A stretch of DNA of 64,000 nt from Escherichia coli (GCF_044647545.1 NZ_CP172818.1), one strand, 5' to 3'; numbered from the stretch's first letter, positions 9,548 to 25,148 are shown. The notes: generated by a model from the letters alone, not told the origin. Program-made: numbers and translations.

Positions 9548-9906
9548 GCGACTCTCTCAATAAATACGATAAGTTGATGTATATGCGTTACAGCAAACAG
9601 TATTGCGAGAGATAACACCGCGAGGGAGATCAAAAATTTGTCACGGACTACGTGAAATTGGGAAAAATCGCTATTCGTGACATCCATTAAATTGCGATTA
9701 CGGGTGTAGTGCCAGAGGATCAGCGCCACAATGGCGAGAATGCCAATCGAAATCCAGAATAACATGCCCGCCTGGTGCCAGTTGTGTTTGATAGCCAACG
9801 CCATCAACGCGCCGTAGCCCAGCATGGTACGAAACCACGCCAGTGATGTACGCTCCGGCTGCAGCCCTGGGTCGGCAATGCGTCTGGCTTTGCGGCTATC
9901 CGGCAT
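9544..9906 (-). CDS. yidG: Inner membrane protein YidG
   Basis: 120-aa hydrophobic ORF, overlapping yidF start and yidH stop. Confidence 0.8.
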   Translation of the reverse strand: MPDSRKARRIADPGLQPERTSLAWFRTMLGYGALMALAIKHNWHQAGMLFWISIGILAIVALILWHYTRNRNLMDVTNSDFSQFHVVRDKFLISLAVLSLAILFAVTHIHQLIVFIERVA

Positions 9907-10243
9907 ACAACACCAGTCCCATAACGATCACCGCCACGACCATCAATATTAAGCTGATGATTAATAAGCTGTTGGTGTAGGGCAGGTCCTCTTTCAGACG
10001 CATCGCTTTTTCATTGCGTAACCAGCGCAGGTAGCCATACATCGCTAACCCGCCGGAAAACAGACACAACAACAACGCCAGCAGTTCGCGAATGACGGGC
10101 GTGGCGAAATCTGGCGCAAGTTGATCAAGCCCAACCCCCGCCGCCAGAAAGCCTAGTGCGGTACGGATCCACGCCAGAAAAGTACGCTCATTAGCCAGCG
10201 AGAAGCGATAATCAGGTGCTTCTCCGAGGCGGGAAATTTTCAT
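9896..10243 (-). CDS. yidH: Inner membrane protein YidH (DUF202-like)
   Basis: 115-aa hydrophobic ORF with an AGGAG ribosome-binding site upstream. Confidence 0.8.
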   Translation of the reverse strand: MKISRLGEAPDYRFSLANERTFLAWIRTALGFLAAGVGLDQLAPDFATPVIRELLALLLCLFSGGLAMYGYLRWLRNEKAMRLKEDLPYTNSLLIISLILMVVAVIVMGLVLYAG

Positions 10244-10302
10244 TGTTGCTCCTTAACTGTTCCTCGCCGAAAAAAGTAGGCCAGGAAAACAGCAATAATG
10301 CA

Positions 10303-11796
10303 TCAGAACTTCTGTTTTTTCTCTTCCACCTTCACCCCTTGTGTCGGTAGGCCGGTGTCATAGTCGCGTACCACTGGCGAATAGCCATCTTGTGGGCGTG
10401 GACGAAACGCCCCCATCCAGCGCGGTCGTGCATCTTTACGCCACGGACGCAGACTCCATTGGTAACTGCGGAACGGATCGCGAATTTTGTCCATGTAATC
10501 CAATAAGGCGTCATGCATTTTGCGGCGAACGTCGGCAAAACGGATATCATCGATCAGATTATGCATTTCATTTGAATCATTACGGCGATCGTAAAGTTCA
10601 TCACTGGTGAAGAGGTTGAGTACCAGTTTAAAGTCATCCGTCACCCAGCAACGCACCGGAATAAAACCGCCAAAGCTGTCATGCTCAATCTCGTAGCGGT
10701 TAAATTCCACCATTACACCGCGTGGCTCTTTCACGGCAAGGATATTTTCCCCCGGCAGAATCTCTGGTTTTTCAATATCTGCCAGCGCCATCATTGTCGG
10801 CAGTAAATCGATATGACTGACTGGCGTATCGACCTGTCGCCGCTCCCCTTGCGGCGAACGGATGATCAGCGGAATGCGGGTGATGTCGTCATACATCGCC
10901 GCCCCTTTACTGATCAGCTTATGTGCGCCCATCATTTCGCCGTGATCGGAGGTATAAATAACCCACGTATTTTCACGTTGCTCTGGCGTTAAGGCATTGA
11001 TGACCCGTCCGATTTGGTCATCAACAAAGTCATTGCAGGCAAAATAGAGCGGATGGTGATAAAGCCCGTCATCACCGACTGGCGATGGCATCGCCTGCGC
11101 CCATAAGCGGTGATGTTCCGGTTTGTTCGCCAGGTCATCCTGTGATTTCTCGCCAAGTTCGTAGTAAAAATCAGCGTATTTCTCTAAATACTCCACCGGA
11201 CAGGTGAACGGGTGATGCGGCTCATCATACGAAACCACCATCAGGAAGGGTTCCTCGGCGCGCGCGGGCTGTTGCAGAAAATCTACCGCCCGATTGCTGA
11301 TGCGGTGCGCCCAGGTGAAGGTTTCGTCGATATGGTTCGCCTGTAAATCCTCAACGCTGTTTAGGCCATTGCGCCACAGGCTGATCTCTTTTTCCGTCAG
11401 TTCGCTAAGGTAGTTCGCCCCATCGAACCAGTAATCAGCGTCCCACTCCGGCGGACACTCGCCAGTGCCGAAATAGTCATGACCGTCGAGATGCCATTTG
11501 CCGATGTAACAGGTGTGATAGCCCGCATCCTTAAAGTAGCGTCCCATAGTGGAGATGTTTTTGCCCGGCGCGACGTTGTTGGTCCACGGGCCGGACTGGT
11601 TAGCGTAGATACCGGTAAACAGCCCGGCGCGCGCTGGTGTACAAACCGGTGAACAGGTGTAGGCGGAATTAAAGCGAATACTTTCCGCCGCCAGACTATC
11701 AATATTTTGCGTATTCAGCGGCTTACCGCTATAGCAACCGACCATATTGGTGGCCTGGGTATCGGTCATGATGAACAGAAAATTGGGGCGTTTCAT
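10303..11796 (-). CDS. yidJ: Cys-type sulfatase YidJ
   Basis: 497-aa ORF with sulfatase signature CTPAR (C-x-P-x-R) in ...AYTCSPVCTPARAGLFTG...; N-terminal MKRPNFLFIMTD metal-binding motif. Confidence 0.9.
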   Translation of the reverse strand: MKRPNFLFIMTDTQATNMVGCYSGKPLNTQNIDSLAAESIRFNSAYTCSPVCTPARAGLFTGIYANQSGPWTNNVAPGKNISTMGRYFKDAGYHTCYIGKWHLDGHDYFGTGECPPEWDADYWFDGANYLSELTEKEISLWRNGLNSVEDLQANHIDETFTWAHRISNRAVDFLQQPARAEEPFLMVVSYDEPHHPFTCPVEYLEKYADFYYELGEKSQDDLANKPEHHRLWAQAMPSPVGDDGLYHHPLYFACNDFVDDQIGRVINALTPEQRENTWVIYTSDHGEMMGAHKLISKGAAMYDDITRIPLIIRSPQGERRQVDTPVSHIDLLPTMMALADIEKPEILPGENILAVKEPRGVMVEFNRYEIEHDSFGGFIPVRCWVTDDFKLVLNLFTSDELYDRRNDSNEMHNLIDDIRFADVRRKMHDALLDYMDKIRDPFRSYQWSLRPWRKDARPRWMGAFRPRPQDGYSPVVRDYDTGLPTQGVKVEEKKQKF

Positions 11797-13508
11797 AGGC
11801 TATCCTTCGCGTCGGGAGTAAAGGTTACGGCTGGGTCGTGACGATGCCGCCAGCTGTCAAAAATCAGGTAGACAATCACTACGGCAGCGATGAAATAACT
11901 GATCATCGCTAACCAGCGCGTACCGTAGCCGCCGAATTCAGCCAGCCCGGCATAGACGCCAATCATAGCGAACAGGATGCCAATTGACGCGATCTTGACG
12001 TTTTTCCACGGTTTCATGTCCACCGCAAACGCATCTTTGAAGGTGAACGGCGTGGCGCGCGGTTTGATAAAACCGATCACCAGCATCACGACCACGTTGA
12101 TGCAGAACGTACAGGCCAGCACATAGAGGAAATGGAAGTCGAACTTCACCAGATAGTTGATGGTGATGTAGCTGATTATGCCAATCCCCATCGCCACTTT
12201 TGCCGCCAGCGCTGGAATGCGCGGGAAGAAAAAGCCCATAATGATGATGGTAACCAGCGGCACGTTGTAAATACCGTTGAGCTGTTTCATCCAGCTATAC
12301 AGCCCCTGCGGCGCGTTGGCGATCCACGGCGCGACCAGCACCGAAACGATAGCGATAAAGAAACCAAATTTGCGCCCGACGGTGACCAGCTGCTGCGGCT
12401 CGGCATTCTGGTTAATGATGCGACGGTAAATACCCATACTGAATAACGTACTGGCGCTATTCAGAAAGCCGTTGAAGGTACTGATCACCGCACCAAATAA
12501 CACCGCGCCGAAGAAACCCACCAGTGGCACTGGCAGAACGTTATTGACCAGCGTCGGGTAGGCCATGTCGGCTTTCGGTAGATCCTGATACAGATGAAAC
12601 GCAATCAACCCTGGCAGCACCAGTACCAGCGGGTCGAGCATTTTCAGCACCGCCGTTAACAGCGCCCCCTTTTGCCCTTCCGCCAGGCTTTTTGACGCCA
12701 GCGTGCGTTGCACGATGCCCTGATTTGTACACCAGTAAAAGGTGTTCACCAGAATCAAACCGGTAAATGCCGCGCCAATCGGCAAGGGATCGGTCGGGCC
12801 ACCGACTGAGTTTAATTTCTCGGCGTGAACGGTGGTGAGTTGCTCAATGCCCTGCATAAAGCTGCCCTTGCCCATCGCGATCAGGCCAAATATCGGCACC
12901 ATCAACCCGCCAATAACCAGCCCAATACCGTTGATGGAGTCCGCCACTGCCATTGCGCGCAGTCCGCCGATCACCGCATACAAAATTCCCGCCAGACCAA
13001 GCAAAATTACCAATAGCCAGATAGCCGCACCGTGAGAAATCTGTAGCGATTCCCCGACGTGAAACAGGCTGTTGAGCGCCAACGCGCCGGAGTAGAGAAC
13101 AATCGGCAGAAAGCAGACGCCGGTGGCAATGAGGAAGCAGAAGTCGATGATAATACGCGTCGTTTTATCATAACGTTCCTCCAGAAAATCGGGGATGGTG
13201 GCAATGCCGCGCTTCAGATAGCGTGGTAAAAAGATTAGCGCGAGGAAGATCAGCGTCACCGCTGAAGTCACTTCCCAGCCCATCACCGACATGCCGCTTT
13301 TGTAGGCCTGCCCGGAAAGACCAACCAGTTGTTCCGTGGAAAGGTTGGTTAACATTAACGAAGCGGCAATAACCGGCGCTTTTAGTGAACGTCCGGCAAG
13401 AAAATAGCCTTGTTGCGATCCGGTATCTGTTTTGCGAACCTTCCACCAGGTGATGATCGCCACCAGCAGCGTAAAACCGACAAAACTCAAGATTTGTAAC
13501 GAATTCAT
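11793..13508 (-). CDS. yidK: Sodium:solute symporter family transporter YidK
   Basis: 571-aa polytopic membrane ORF; 4-bp overlap with yidJ implies co-transcription. Confidence 0.9.
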   Translation of the reverse strand: MNSLQILSFVGFTLLVAIITWWKVRKTDTGSQQGYFLAGRSLKAPVIAASLMLTNLSTEQLVGLSGQAYKSGMSVMGWEVTSAVTLIFLALIFLPRYLKRGIATIPDFLEERYDKTTRIIIDFCFLIATGVCFLPIVLYSGALALNSLFHVGESLQISHGAAIWLLVILLGLAGILYAVIGGLRAMAVADSINGIGLVIGGLMVPIFGLIAMGKGSFMQGIEQLTTVHAEKLNSVGGPTDPLPIGAAFTGLILVNTFYWCTNQGIVQRTLASKSLAEGQKGALLTAVLKMLDPLVLVLPGLIAFHLYQDLPKADMAYPTLVNNVLPVPLVGFFGAVLFGAVISTFNGFLNSASTLFSMGIYRRIINQNAEPQQLVTVGRKFGFFIAIVSVLVAPWIANAPQGLYSWMKQLNGIYNVPLVTIIIMGFFFPRIPALAAKVAMGIGIISYITINYLVKFDFHFLYVLACTFCINVVVMLVIGFIKPRATPFTFKDAFAVDMKPWKNVKIASIGILFAMIGVYAGLAEFGGYGTRWLAMISYFIAAVVIVYLIFDSWRHRHDPAVTFTPDAKDSL

Positions 13509-13674
13509 CTCATAGCCCTTATTTATGTTTATGTCCCGGACGCATGAATATAGGGAGAGGTAAAATGCGTCGGGTCAGGCAGTCAGATTCTTAAAATACA
13601 AACATCGTATCCCTGAACGGATTGTTTTCTGTTAAGTTCAGGTTGTGAGCATAATTCGCCGGAGGGATATTAAA

Positions 13675-17021
<3,347 letters not shown>

Positions 17022-17316
17022 TTCCACATCCTCTTTTCTCAATTCTGTAAGTAGGAAGCCTGATTGGTTATGCGGCAGGCCTGGAGCGAGGATAGGAAGA
17101 TGCGATCGGCAGAACATGACGACCCAATGGGATTCGTGATCGCTTTCATGCTTTTCGTTGGGCGGTAGAGATCTACGTTTTCGCAAAAAAGTAGACATCT
17201 GTGAGCACTGGTACACAGCAACGAACACATCTTTAAAAAAAAGATGTTTTTTCAATCGATTAAGCAGAACTTGTGGGCGCATTACCCGGGCTTGCAGGCA
17301 AAAAAGAGATCTAGAG

Positions 17317-18033
17317 ATGATCTACAAAAGCATTGCGGAGCGGTTAAGAATTCGACTTAATTCCGCAGATTTCACGCTAAACAGCCTTCTTCCCGGTGAA
17401 AAAAAGCTGGCGGAAGAGTTTGCGGTATCGCGGATGACCATCCGTAAAGCCATTGATCTGCTGGTAGCGTGGGGGCTGGTGGTCCGCCGCCACGGTAGCG
17501 GTACTTACCTGGTGCGCAAAGATGTATTGCATCAAACCGCCAGCCTGACCGGGCTGGTGGAGGTGTTAAAACGCCAGGGAAAAACTGTCACCAGCCAGGT
17601 GCTGATTTTTGAAATCATGCCTGCGCCTCCGGCCATTGCCAGCCAGTTACGGATTCAAATCAACGAGCAGATCTACTTCTCCCGTCGCGTTCGTTTTGTG
17701 GAAGGGAAACCGCTGATGCTGGAAGACAGCTATATGCCGGTAAAACTGTTCCGCAACCTATCGCTGCAACATCTTGAAGGGTCGAAGTTTGAATATATTG
17801 AACAAGAGTGCGGGATTCTGATTGGCGGTAATTATGAAAGCCTGACGCCGGTGCTCGCCGATAGACTACTGGCGCGGCAAATGAAGGTAGCGGAACACAC
17901 GCCACTGCTGCGGATCACCTCGTTGTCATATAGCGAGAGCGGGGAGTTTTTGAATTATTCAGTAATGTTCAGAAATGCCAGTGAATACCAGGTGGAGTAC
18001 CATTTACGGCGACTCCACCCGGAAAAGAGTTAA
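17317..18033 (+). CDS. yidP: GntR/HutC-family transcriptional regulator YidP
   Basis: 238 aa from ATG at 17317 ([10 protein letters not shown]...) with winged-HTH N-terminus and UTRA-like C-terminus. Confidence 0.85.
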
Positions 18034-19691
18034 CCGATACTCCAAAAGAGCACCGCCAGTAATTGTGGGGTGATAATGCGCAGGAACATCACCAACGGAT
18101 AGACAGTGGCATAAGAGAGTGCCGCCGCACCGCTGGTTGGATGAAGATTATTAGCAAATGCCAGCGCCGGAGGATCGGTCATGGAGCCAGCCAGCATCCC
18201 GCACATGGTCAGGTAATTCATTTTGGCTAACATCCGCGCCAGAATGCCGACCGTAATCAGCGGAACGGCGGTGATCAGCGCACCATAACCAATCCAGCTT
18301 AGCCCTTCGCCATTGACCAGGGTATTCACAAAATCCCCACCAGATTTCAGACCAACGACCGAGAGGAACAGCACGATCCCCAGCTCCCGCAGCGCGAGGT
18401 TGGCACTTGGCGGCATAAACCAGTACAGCTTGCCGATACTGCCGATACGCCCGAGGATCAACGCCATAATCAGCGGACCGCCCGCCAGCCCCAGTTTCAA
18501 CGCGGCCGGGAATCCCGGCACAAAGACGGGAATAGAACCTAACAATACGCCAAGCCCGATACCAATAAACACCGGCAGCATCTGAACCTGTTGCAGTTTT
18601 TGCTGCGCATTCCCCAGCACATTGGCAACGGCATCAATTGCGGACGGACGCCCCACCAGGTTGAGGATATCGCCGAACTGCAGGCTGATATCGCCACTGG
18701 CGACCAGTTCGACCCCGGCACGGTTCAGGCGCGAGATAACAACGTCATAGCGTTCTTTAAAGTGCAGGTCGCGAATACGTTTACCGAGCACGTTTTCATT
18801 GGTGACCACCACACGCTCGACGCGTAAATCAGTGCCTTTCGTGGACAGCGAGGTATCGACCTCCTGACCAATCACCAGTTGCGCATTATGTAAATCCGCT
18901 GGCTGCCCCACCAGATGCAGCAAATCGCCCAGTTGGATAATGGTATCTGGCGAAGGTACTTTTAGGGTTTCTTCTCGTTTCAGACGCGAGCAGATAATTT
19001 TGTCGCCGTTGAGAATCGGTACATCTTTAATGGCTAAATCATGCAGGTTAGGGTTCTCAACGCGAATATTGATAGTCCTGATCAGCGCGCCGCCATTGGT
19101 GCGAGAAGACTCGTGCTGCTGGGCTTCTGTCTCGACATTGACGCGGAAAATAACCCGCAACATCCACATGGTGAACAAAATCCCGCAAATACCGAATGGA
19201 TACGCCATCGCGTAACTCATCCCCATCTGATCGACCATTTCCATTGGTGTACCCAGGTCGCGCAAGATCTGCTGCCCTGCCCCCAGCGCTGGCGTATTGG
19301 TTACCGCACCGGAGAAAATCCCCAGCACTACCGGCAGTGGAATATCAAACAGTTTATGCAGGATGGCGGTAACCAGACCCCCGATGATGACAATCAGAAC
19401 AGCAAACAGGTTGAGGCGTAATCCGGAGACGCGCAATGAGGCAAAGAAGCCCGGCCCTACCTGAATCCCGATGGTATAAACGAACAGGATCAGGCCAAAT
19501 TCCTGAATAACATGCAGCATATCGCTACTTAATGTCATCCCCGCCTGAGAAACAAAATGGCCGACGATGATCCCACCAAACAGCACGCCGCCAATACCTA
19601 ATCCTATGCCGCGAAATTTGACGTTGCCGATAAACAAACCGACGACTGCCACCAAAGCCAGAATACTGACCGTTAATGCTATATCACTCAT
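18030..19691 (-). CDS. yidE: Putative transporter YidE (AAE family, two TrkA_C domains)
   Basis: 553 aa from ATG at 19689-19691 ([14 protein letters not shown]...). Confidence 0.9.
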
Positions 19692-19886
19692 CGTCCATTT
19701 CTCTTGAGATAACATTTTAATTGCTACGGATTATGGCTGAATCGGTGAAGCAGATTTGCCTTATAGCGCACATTATCACGGGAAAGAACGTGCCGAAATA
19801 TCTTAAACAGGCGAAATTTAACGCATTGTTGAAGAAGAAAGACAAAAAAAGCCCCACCAGAATGGCGGGGCAAAGAGAATAGCTAG

Positions 19887-20315
19887 TTAGCTATTTAACG
19901 CGGGACGTTCGCTGATAGCGATACGCTGCGCTGCGATGGGTTCAGGCTCATTACGAATTAAATCAATATGCAGTAAACCGTTTACGAAGGTTGCACCAGA
20001 GACTTCCATATTTTCAGCCAGCGTAAAGCTCAGGCTAAATGGCTGATTCATAAGCCCTTGATGCAGCCATTTTTTCTCTTCTTTTGGCTGCTCCGGCGTG
20101 CCTTTTACGCTCAGGCGCGTACCTTCCAGTTGAATCTCTAAATCTTCCTGACGAAAACCTGCCAGCGCAAGGGTAATGCGGTAGTGGTTATCGTCGCTTT
20201 TTTCAATGTTGTACGGCGGGAAGCTCTGGCTTTCACCGGCGTTTTGCAGTGCGTTGGCCAGTTTGTCAAAACCGATCCATTGACGCATCAGTGGGGATAA
20301 ATCGAAGTTACGCAT
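19887..20315 (-). CDS. ibpB: Small heat-shock protein IbpB
   Basis: 142 aa [24 protein letters not shown]..., alpha-crystallin domain. Confidence 0.95.
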
Positions 20316-20426
20316 AGTCATTTCTCCTTCTAAGAAGCGAGTAAGTACCTGCAAATCCGAAGATTCGCATATGCTCCCTGACGGCGAGCATGGAGATGTC
20401 AGGCCGCGCCAGGCGGCCTTAGGGAA

Positions 20427-20840
20427 TTAGTTGATTTCGATACGGCGCGGTTTTTTCGCTTCCGGAATCACGCGTTCAAGATCGATATACAGCAGACCAT
20501 TCACCAGGTTAGCACCACGAACATGAATGTTCTCAGCTAACTGGAATTTGCGTTCAAAGTTGCGTTCAGCGATGCCCTGGTACAGATAGGTGCGCTCTTT
20601 TTGTTCGTCGGCGTGAGCACCTTTCACCACCAGCAGATTATCCTGGGCGGTAATTTCCAGTTCGCTCTCAGCAAAACCAGCCACAGCGATAGCAATGCGG
20701 TAATGGTTTTCGTCTACCAGTTCAACGTTATACGGAGGGTAGCCGCCATTACTCTGGCTCTGGTTGTTTTCTAAGTGGTTAAACAAACGGTCAAATCCAA
20801 TAGCAGAACGGTAAAGCGGGGATAAATCAAAGTTACGCAT
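20427..20840 (-). CDS. ibpA: Small heat-shock protein IbpA
   Basis: 137 aa [25 protein letters not shown]... Confidence 0.95.
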
Positions 20841-20960
20841 AATCAATAGCTCCTGAAATCAGCGAGAATGTAAGACCTTCCACAATGGACAGGTCAGGTA
20901 GCCAGAACACCCATCAGGCGCGTCCTCATCGGCTACGATGTAAAAATGGGTCTGGAAATG
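20841..20960 (-). promoter_or_regulatory. ibpA 5' UTR and heat-shock promoter region (expected sigma-32 promoter and RNA thermometer)
   Basis: Positional inference from known ibpAB regulation; motifs not individually verified. Confidence 0.45.
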
Positions 20961-21145
20961 AACTTTTCAAGCCTTATCAGCGGACTTTTTTTTGCAGTTT
21001 ATGGTCTATTGCATAGACTGAGGGGGCAGCACGAAACGTTAAAGTGCGATAGCCGCCACAGTGCGACGTAATGATGATGTTATTTTCAGCAAGGGATCGC
21101 TATAACTCATCAGGCCAACACCCACGATCAACAGATGAATTTATT

Positions 21146-21478
21146 ATGATAAGAAATGTGTTGTTAGCGTTCATGATATGCAGCGGAATGACATTACTCG
21201 GAGGATGCTCCAGCGTGATGTCCCATACCGGGGGGAAAGAAGGAACGTATCCCGGCACCCGCGCCAGCGCCACCATGATTGGCGACGATGAAACCAACTG
21301 GGGCACTAAGTCGCTGGCGATTCTCGATATGCCGTTTACCGCTGTGATGGACACGCTTTTACTGCCGTGGGATGTGTTCCGCAAAGACAGCTCGGTGCGC
21401 TCACGCGTTGAAAAAAGCGAAGCCAACGCGCAAGCCACCAATGCGGTTATTCCACCGGCCAGAATGCCTGATAACTGA
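21146..21478 (+). CDS. yidQ: Putative lipoprotein YidQ
   Basis: 110 aa from ATG at 21146 with lipoprotein signal (MIRNVLLAFMICSGMTLLGGCSS). Confidence 0.8.
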   Translation: MIRNVLLAFMICSGMTLLGGCSSVMSHTGGKEGTYPGTRASATMIGDDETNWGTKSLAILDMPFTAVMDTLLLPWDVFRKDSSVRSRVEKSEANAQATNAVIPPARMPDN

Positions 21479-21479
21479 T

Positions 21480-22730
21480 TTAGCGATCAGTTTCGGTGAT
21501 CCACAGCTGGCCGCCTTCCATCCACGCCAGCCATTGACCATCCGGCGAGAAGACCACGGCGTCCGCAGAAGGTGGATTGGCGTGGTTTTCGGTTAAATAC
21601 TCAACCTCGCCGCTTTGCGCATGGGCGCAAGCAATTCGATTATCCAGCACAAAGCCCAACCATTCTCCTGACGGATGCCAGTTAAATGCAGACTGAATAT
21701 CCGTTTTGTTATGGGTTAACTGGCGCGGCTCGCCGCCCTGTGGCGAGATAAGCCACAGTTGCACAATGCCGTTATCATCACGCATTAAAAACGCGATTTG
21801 CGTACCCTGCGGATTACAGCGCACCCAGTGGCGCGGGACGTTGACTAACCCCGGATAAGCCCGATGGTGGGTAAAGGTTAAACGTCGCTGCACGACGCCG
21901 CGCGGTGGCGCAGGCAGGGTTGTTTCCGTTCCACTTAACGGCGCATCACCTGCCGCTTTCCAGCCAGCTTCATCTTGCGGTAACTCAACGATAAATAGCT
22001 CCGGCACTTTCTCGCCCTTTGCCGAAAGTGTGTCGCCAATAAACGCCAGTGCGTGATTTCCTACCCATCCTTCTTCATAAGCACGATTGATTTCATCACT
22101 GCCTGGCTGTGGCGTGGGCGTGGTTTTACTTACCAGCACGCACCAGTGGCTACCGCTGTATTCACGCGGATGCTGCTTTTGTACGTTGACCGGGCCAAAC
22201 GGTGCAGCAACACCGACGTTTCGCAAATCCAGCACCGGATCGAGTTCATGCATTACATGGTCATTATAGGTAAAGCTCACCCTTTCACCGTTTGGGCTAA
22301 AAACATGTACATGACTGCCGCCGCGCAGCGCTCCTGGCGTATATGGCGCGGTAATATCCATTGCATCGAGATTGCTCACCTTGCCGCCTTCAACAATCAC
22401 TCCACGCCGATGATGGAAGTCGTAATACCATGTTTCATCAGGATTTTCCGGGCCGTGGATGAAAACATATTTCTCTGATTTCGGATGAACGGTCACCACG
22501 CCGACGTACGCGCCCTGTGACGCGCGATAGATAACCTCGACCTCGCCGGTATGGATATTCACACGCTCAATGGTCTCGCCGGTAAACGACGCGCCAGAAG
22601 GACGCACGTCAAATACCAGCCACTGGCTGTCGGGCGTCCAGGTATTGGTATTGGTGAGCAGGTGATTACGGGGAGCAAAGGTTATCTGTTTCATGGCGCG
22701 GTCCTGATACAAAACGGGTCCCGCCATCAT
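21480..22730 (-). CDS. yidR: YidR, beta-propeller-like protein of unknown function
   Basis: About 415-aa ORF; start may be at an internal Met (MKQITFAP). Confidence 0.8.
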   Translation of the reverse strand: MMAGPVLYQDRAMKQITFAPRNHLLTNTNTWTPDSQWLVFDVRPSGASFTGETIERVNIHTGEVEVIYRASQGAYVGVVTVHPKSEKYVFIHGPENPDETWYYDFHHRRGVIVEGGKVSNLDAMDITAPYTPGALRGGSHVHVFSPNGERVSFTYNDHVMHELDPVLDLRNVGVAAPFGPVNVQKQHPREYSGSHWCVLVSKTTPTPQPGSDEINRAYEEGWVGNHALAFIGDTLSAKGEKVPELFIVELPQDEAGWKAAGDAPLSGTETTLPAPPRGVVQRRLTFTHHRAYPGLVNVPRHWVRCNPQGTQIAFLMRDDNGIVQLWLISPQGGEPRQLTHNKTDIQSAFNWHPSGEWLGFVLDNRIACAHAQSGEVEYLTENHANPPSADAVVFSPDGQWLAWMEGGQLWITETDR

Positions 22731-22794
22731 ACTTCACAAGGACTTCACTTTCAGACAATAGTCTTTCGCCATCGTGATGAATGTGAGTGAAAAG

Positions 22795-23859
22795 ATGGAA
22801 CATTTCGACGTGGCGATTATTGGCCTCGGCCCGGCAGGGTCGGCGTTGGCACGAAAGTTAGCAGGCAAAATGCAGGTGATCGCGCTGGATAAAAAGCACC
22901 AGTGTGGTACTGAAGGTTTCAGCAAACCCTGCGGCGGTCTGCTGGCACCGGACGCGCAGCGATCTTTTATTCGCGATGGACTGACGCTTCCTGTCGATGT
23001 GATCGCCAATCCACAGATTTTCAGCGTCAAAACTGTCGACGTCGCCGCATCGCTCACGCGTAACTACCAGCGAAGCTATATCAATATTAATCGCCATGCT
23101 TTCGACTTGTGGATGAAATCGCTGATCCCCGCCAGCGTTGAGGTTTACCACGACAGCCTGTGTCGAAAAATCTGGCGTGAGGATGATAAATGGCATGTCA
23201 TTTTTCGTGCAGACGGTTGGGAGCAGCATATTTCTGCCCGCTATCTGGTCGGTGCCGATGGTGCCAACTCGATGGTGCGGCGACATCTCTACCCGGATCA
23301 TCAAATTCGTAAATATGTCGCTATCCAGCAGTGGTTCGCAGAGAAACATCCGGTGCCGTTCTACTCCTGCATCTTTGATAATGCGATAACTGACTGTTAC
23401 TCATGGAGTATCAGCAAAGACGGTTATTTTATCTTTGGCGGTGCCTATCCCATGAAAGACGGTCAGACGCGTTTCACGACGCTGAAAGAGAAAATGAACG
23501 CCTTTCAGTTCCAGTTTGGCAAAGCGGTGAAAAGTGAGAAATGTACCGTGTTGTTTCCCTCACGCTGGCAGGATTTTGTCTGCGGTAAGGACAATGCCTT
23601 TCTGATTGGTGAAGCGGCGGGATTTATCAGCGCCAGCTCGCTGGAGGGGATTAGCTATGCGCTGGATAGCGCAGAGATTCTGCGTTCGGTGTTACTGAAG
23701 CAGCCGGAGAAGATCAACGCCGCCTACTGGCGCGCCACCCGCAAACTGCGTTTAAAGCTCTATGGCAAGATAGTCAAAAGCCGATGCCTGACCGCACCGG
23801 CTTTAAGAAAGTGGATTATGCGCAGTGGTGTGGCGCATATTCCACAGTTGAAAGATTAG
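22795..23859 (+). CDS. cbrA: FAD-dependent oxidoreductase-like protein CbrA (colicin E2 tolerance)
   Basis: 354 aa from ATG at 22795 ([24 protein letters not shown]), Rossmann GxGxxG motif. Confidence 0.85.
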   Translation: MEHFDVAIIGLGPAGSALARKLAGKMQVIALDKKHQCGTEGFSKPCGGLLAPDAQRSFIRDGLTLPVDVIANPQIFSVKTVDVAASLTRNYQRSYININRHAFDLWMKSLIPASVEVYHDSLCRKIWREDDKWHVIFRADGWEQHISARYLVGADGANSMVRRHLYPDHQIRKYVAIQQWFAEKHPVPFYSCIFDNAITDCYSWSISKDGYFIFGGAYPMKDGQTRFTTLKEKMNAFQFQFGKAVKSEKCTVLFPSRWQDFVCGKDNAFLIGEAAGFISASSLEGISYALDSAEILRSVLLKQPEKINAAYWRATRKLRLKLYGKIVKSRCLTAPALRKWIMRSGVAHIPQLKD

Positions 23860-25148
23860 CCAACGCGCTTCACATCGCCCACCAGCAGGATGTAAGAGAG
23901 CGCGCCAATCAACGCAACGGCGGAGATATAAACCAGTGCAGGCGCGAAACCGTAACCCTGCGCCAGGTACCCCACCACCAGAGGAACGGTGATGCCGCCC
24001 AGACCACCGACAAAGTTAAACACGCCGCCGGTTAAACCAATCAGGCGCATCGGTGCCAGAGAAGAGACCAGCGACCAGGTAATCGAAGCAAAACCGTTGC
24101 CGAAGAATGCCAGCGCCATCAGGCACATAATCATCATCGGATCGTTAGTGTAGTTAGCGCCCATAATGCAGGTGGAGATCAGCAAGCCGCAGATAATCGG
24201 CGTTTTACGCGCAAAGCCCAGTGAAAAGCCCTTACGTACCAGCAGATCCGCGACCCAGCCAGAGAGCAGGACGCCGACAAACGCCGCGAGGAACGGTACC
24301 GTGGTCATAAAGCCTGCTTTCAGCGCCGTGATTCCTTTTTCCTGGGTTAAATAGTTCGGGAACCAGGTTAAAAAAAACCACAGTGTAGAAGCCACCGCAA
24401 ATTGCCCAAGATAGACACCGATCAGTTTACGATGGAACACCAGTTTCCAGTCTTTGGCTGTTAACGGCTGACGCGCCTCTTTTTTCACCGGCGCATCACC
24501 ATCCACCAGACCGCCGCCATCACGAATGTAATCCAGTTCAGCTTTGCTGATGCCTTTAGTCAGGCGCGGCGGCTGATAAACCTTAAACCAAATCAGCGAC
24601 CAGATAATGCCGATACCACCGGTGACAATGAACACCCAGTGCCAGCTCAACATTTCCTGAATCCAGATCAGCAGCGGAGTCAGAAACGCCAGACCGACAA
24701 ACTGACCAGACGTATAAAAACCAACGGCAGAAGCGCGTTCATGTTCCGGGAACCAGCTGGTCACCATCCGGTTATTGGTCGGGAAAGCGGGCGCTTCGAA
24801 AATACCGGTTATCGCGCGCAGACCAATTAATGACATTAATCCCGTGGCAAAGCCCTGGAATAACGTCGCCACTGACCAGCCAAATATCGCAATAAAATAA
24901 GTCACGCGTGAACCTACGCGATCTAAAAACCAACCGCCGGGGATCTGACATAGCGTATAAAGCCAGGCGAAGGCCGAAAATACATAGCCCATTTCCGCTT
25001 TCGTAATACCGAACTCTTCCTGAATATGGGCGGAAGCCACGGCCAGGTTAGCGCGGTCAACATAACAAATGACCACCGTAATAAAGATCATCACCAGCGT
25101 CAGATAACGCCGACGCCCCGGCTTTGCTGCATTAACGGGAATATCCAT
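23856..25148 (-). CDS. dgoT: D-galactonate:H+ symporter DgoT (MFS)
   Basis: 430 aa from internal Met ([22 protein letters not shown]...). Confidence 0.9.
   Translation of the reverse strand: MDIPVNAAKPGRRRYLTLVMIFITVVICYVDRANLAVASAHIQEEFGITKAEMGYVFSAFAWLYTLCQIPGGWFLDRVGSRVTYFIAIFGWSVATLFQGFATGLMSLIGLRAITGIFEAPAFPTNNRMVTSWFPEHERASAVGFYTSGQFVGLAFLTPLLIWIQEMLSWHWVFIVTGGIGIIWSLIWFKVYQPPRLTKGISKAELDYIRDGGGLVDGDAPVKKEARQPLTAKDWKLVFHRKLIGVYLGQFAVASTLWFFLTWFPNYLTQEKGITALKAGFMTTVPFLAAFVGVLLSGWVADLLVRKGFSLGFARKTPIICGLLISTCIMGANYTNDPMMIMCLMALAFFGNGFASITWSLVSSLAPMRLIGLTGGVFNFVGGLGGITVPLVVGYLAQGYGFAPALVYISAVALIGALSYILLVGDVKRVG

Noticed and set aside
17022-17282. Upstream in-frame extension of glvC giving a 625-codon track ORF
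   Set aside because: The internal ATG at 17019-17021 has a good ribosome-binding site and starts the hydrophobic IIC domain; the extension overlaps the yidP promoter region and is not membrane-like.
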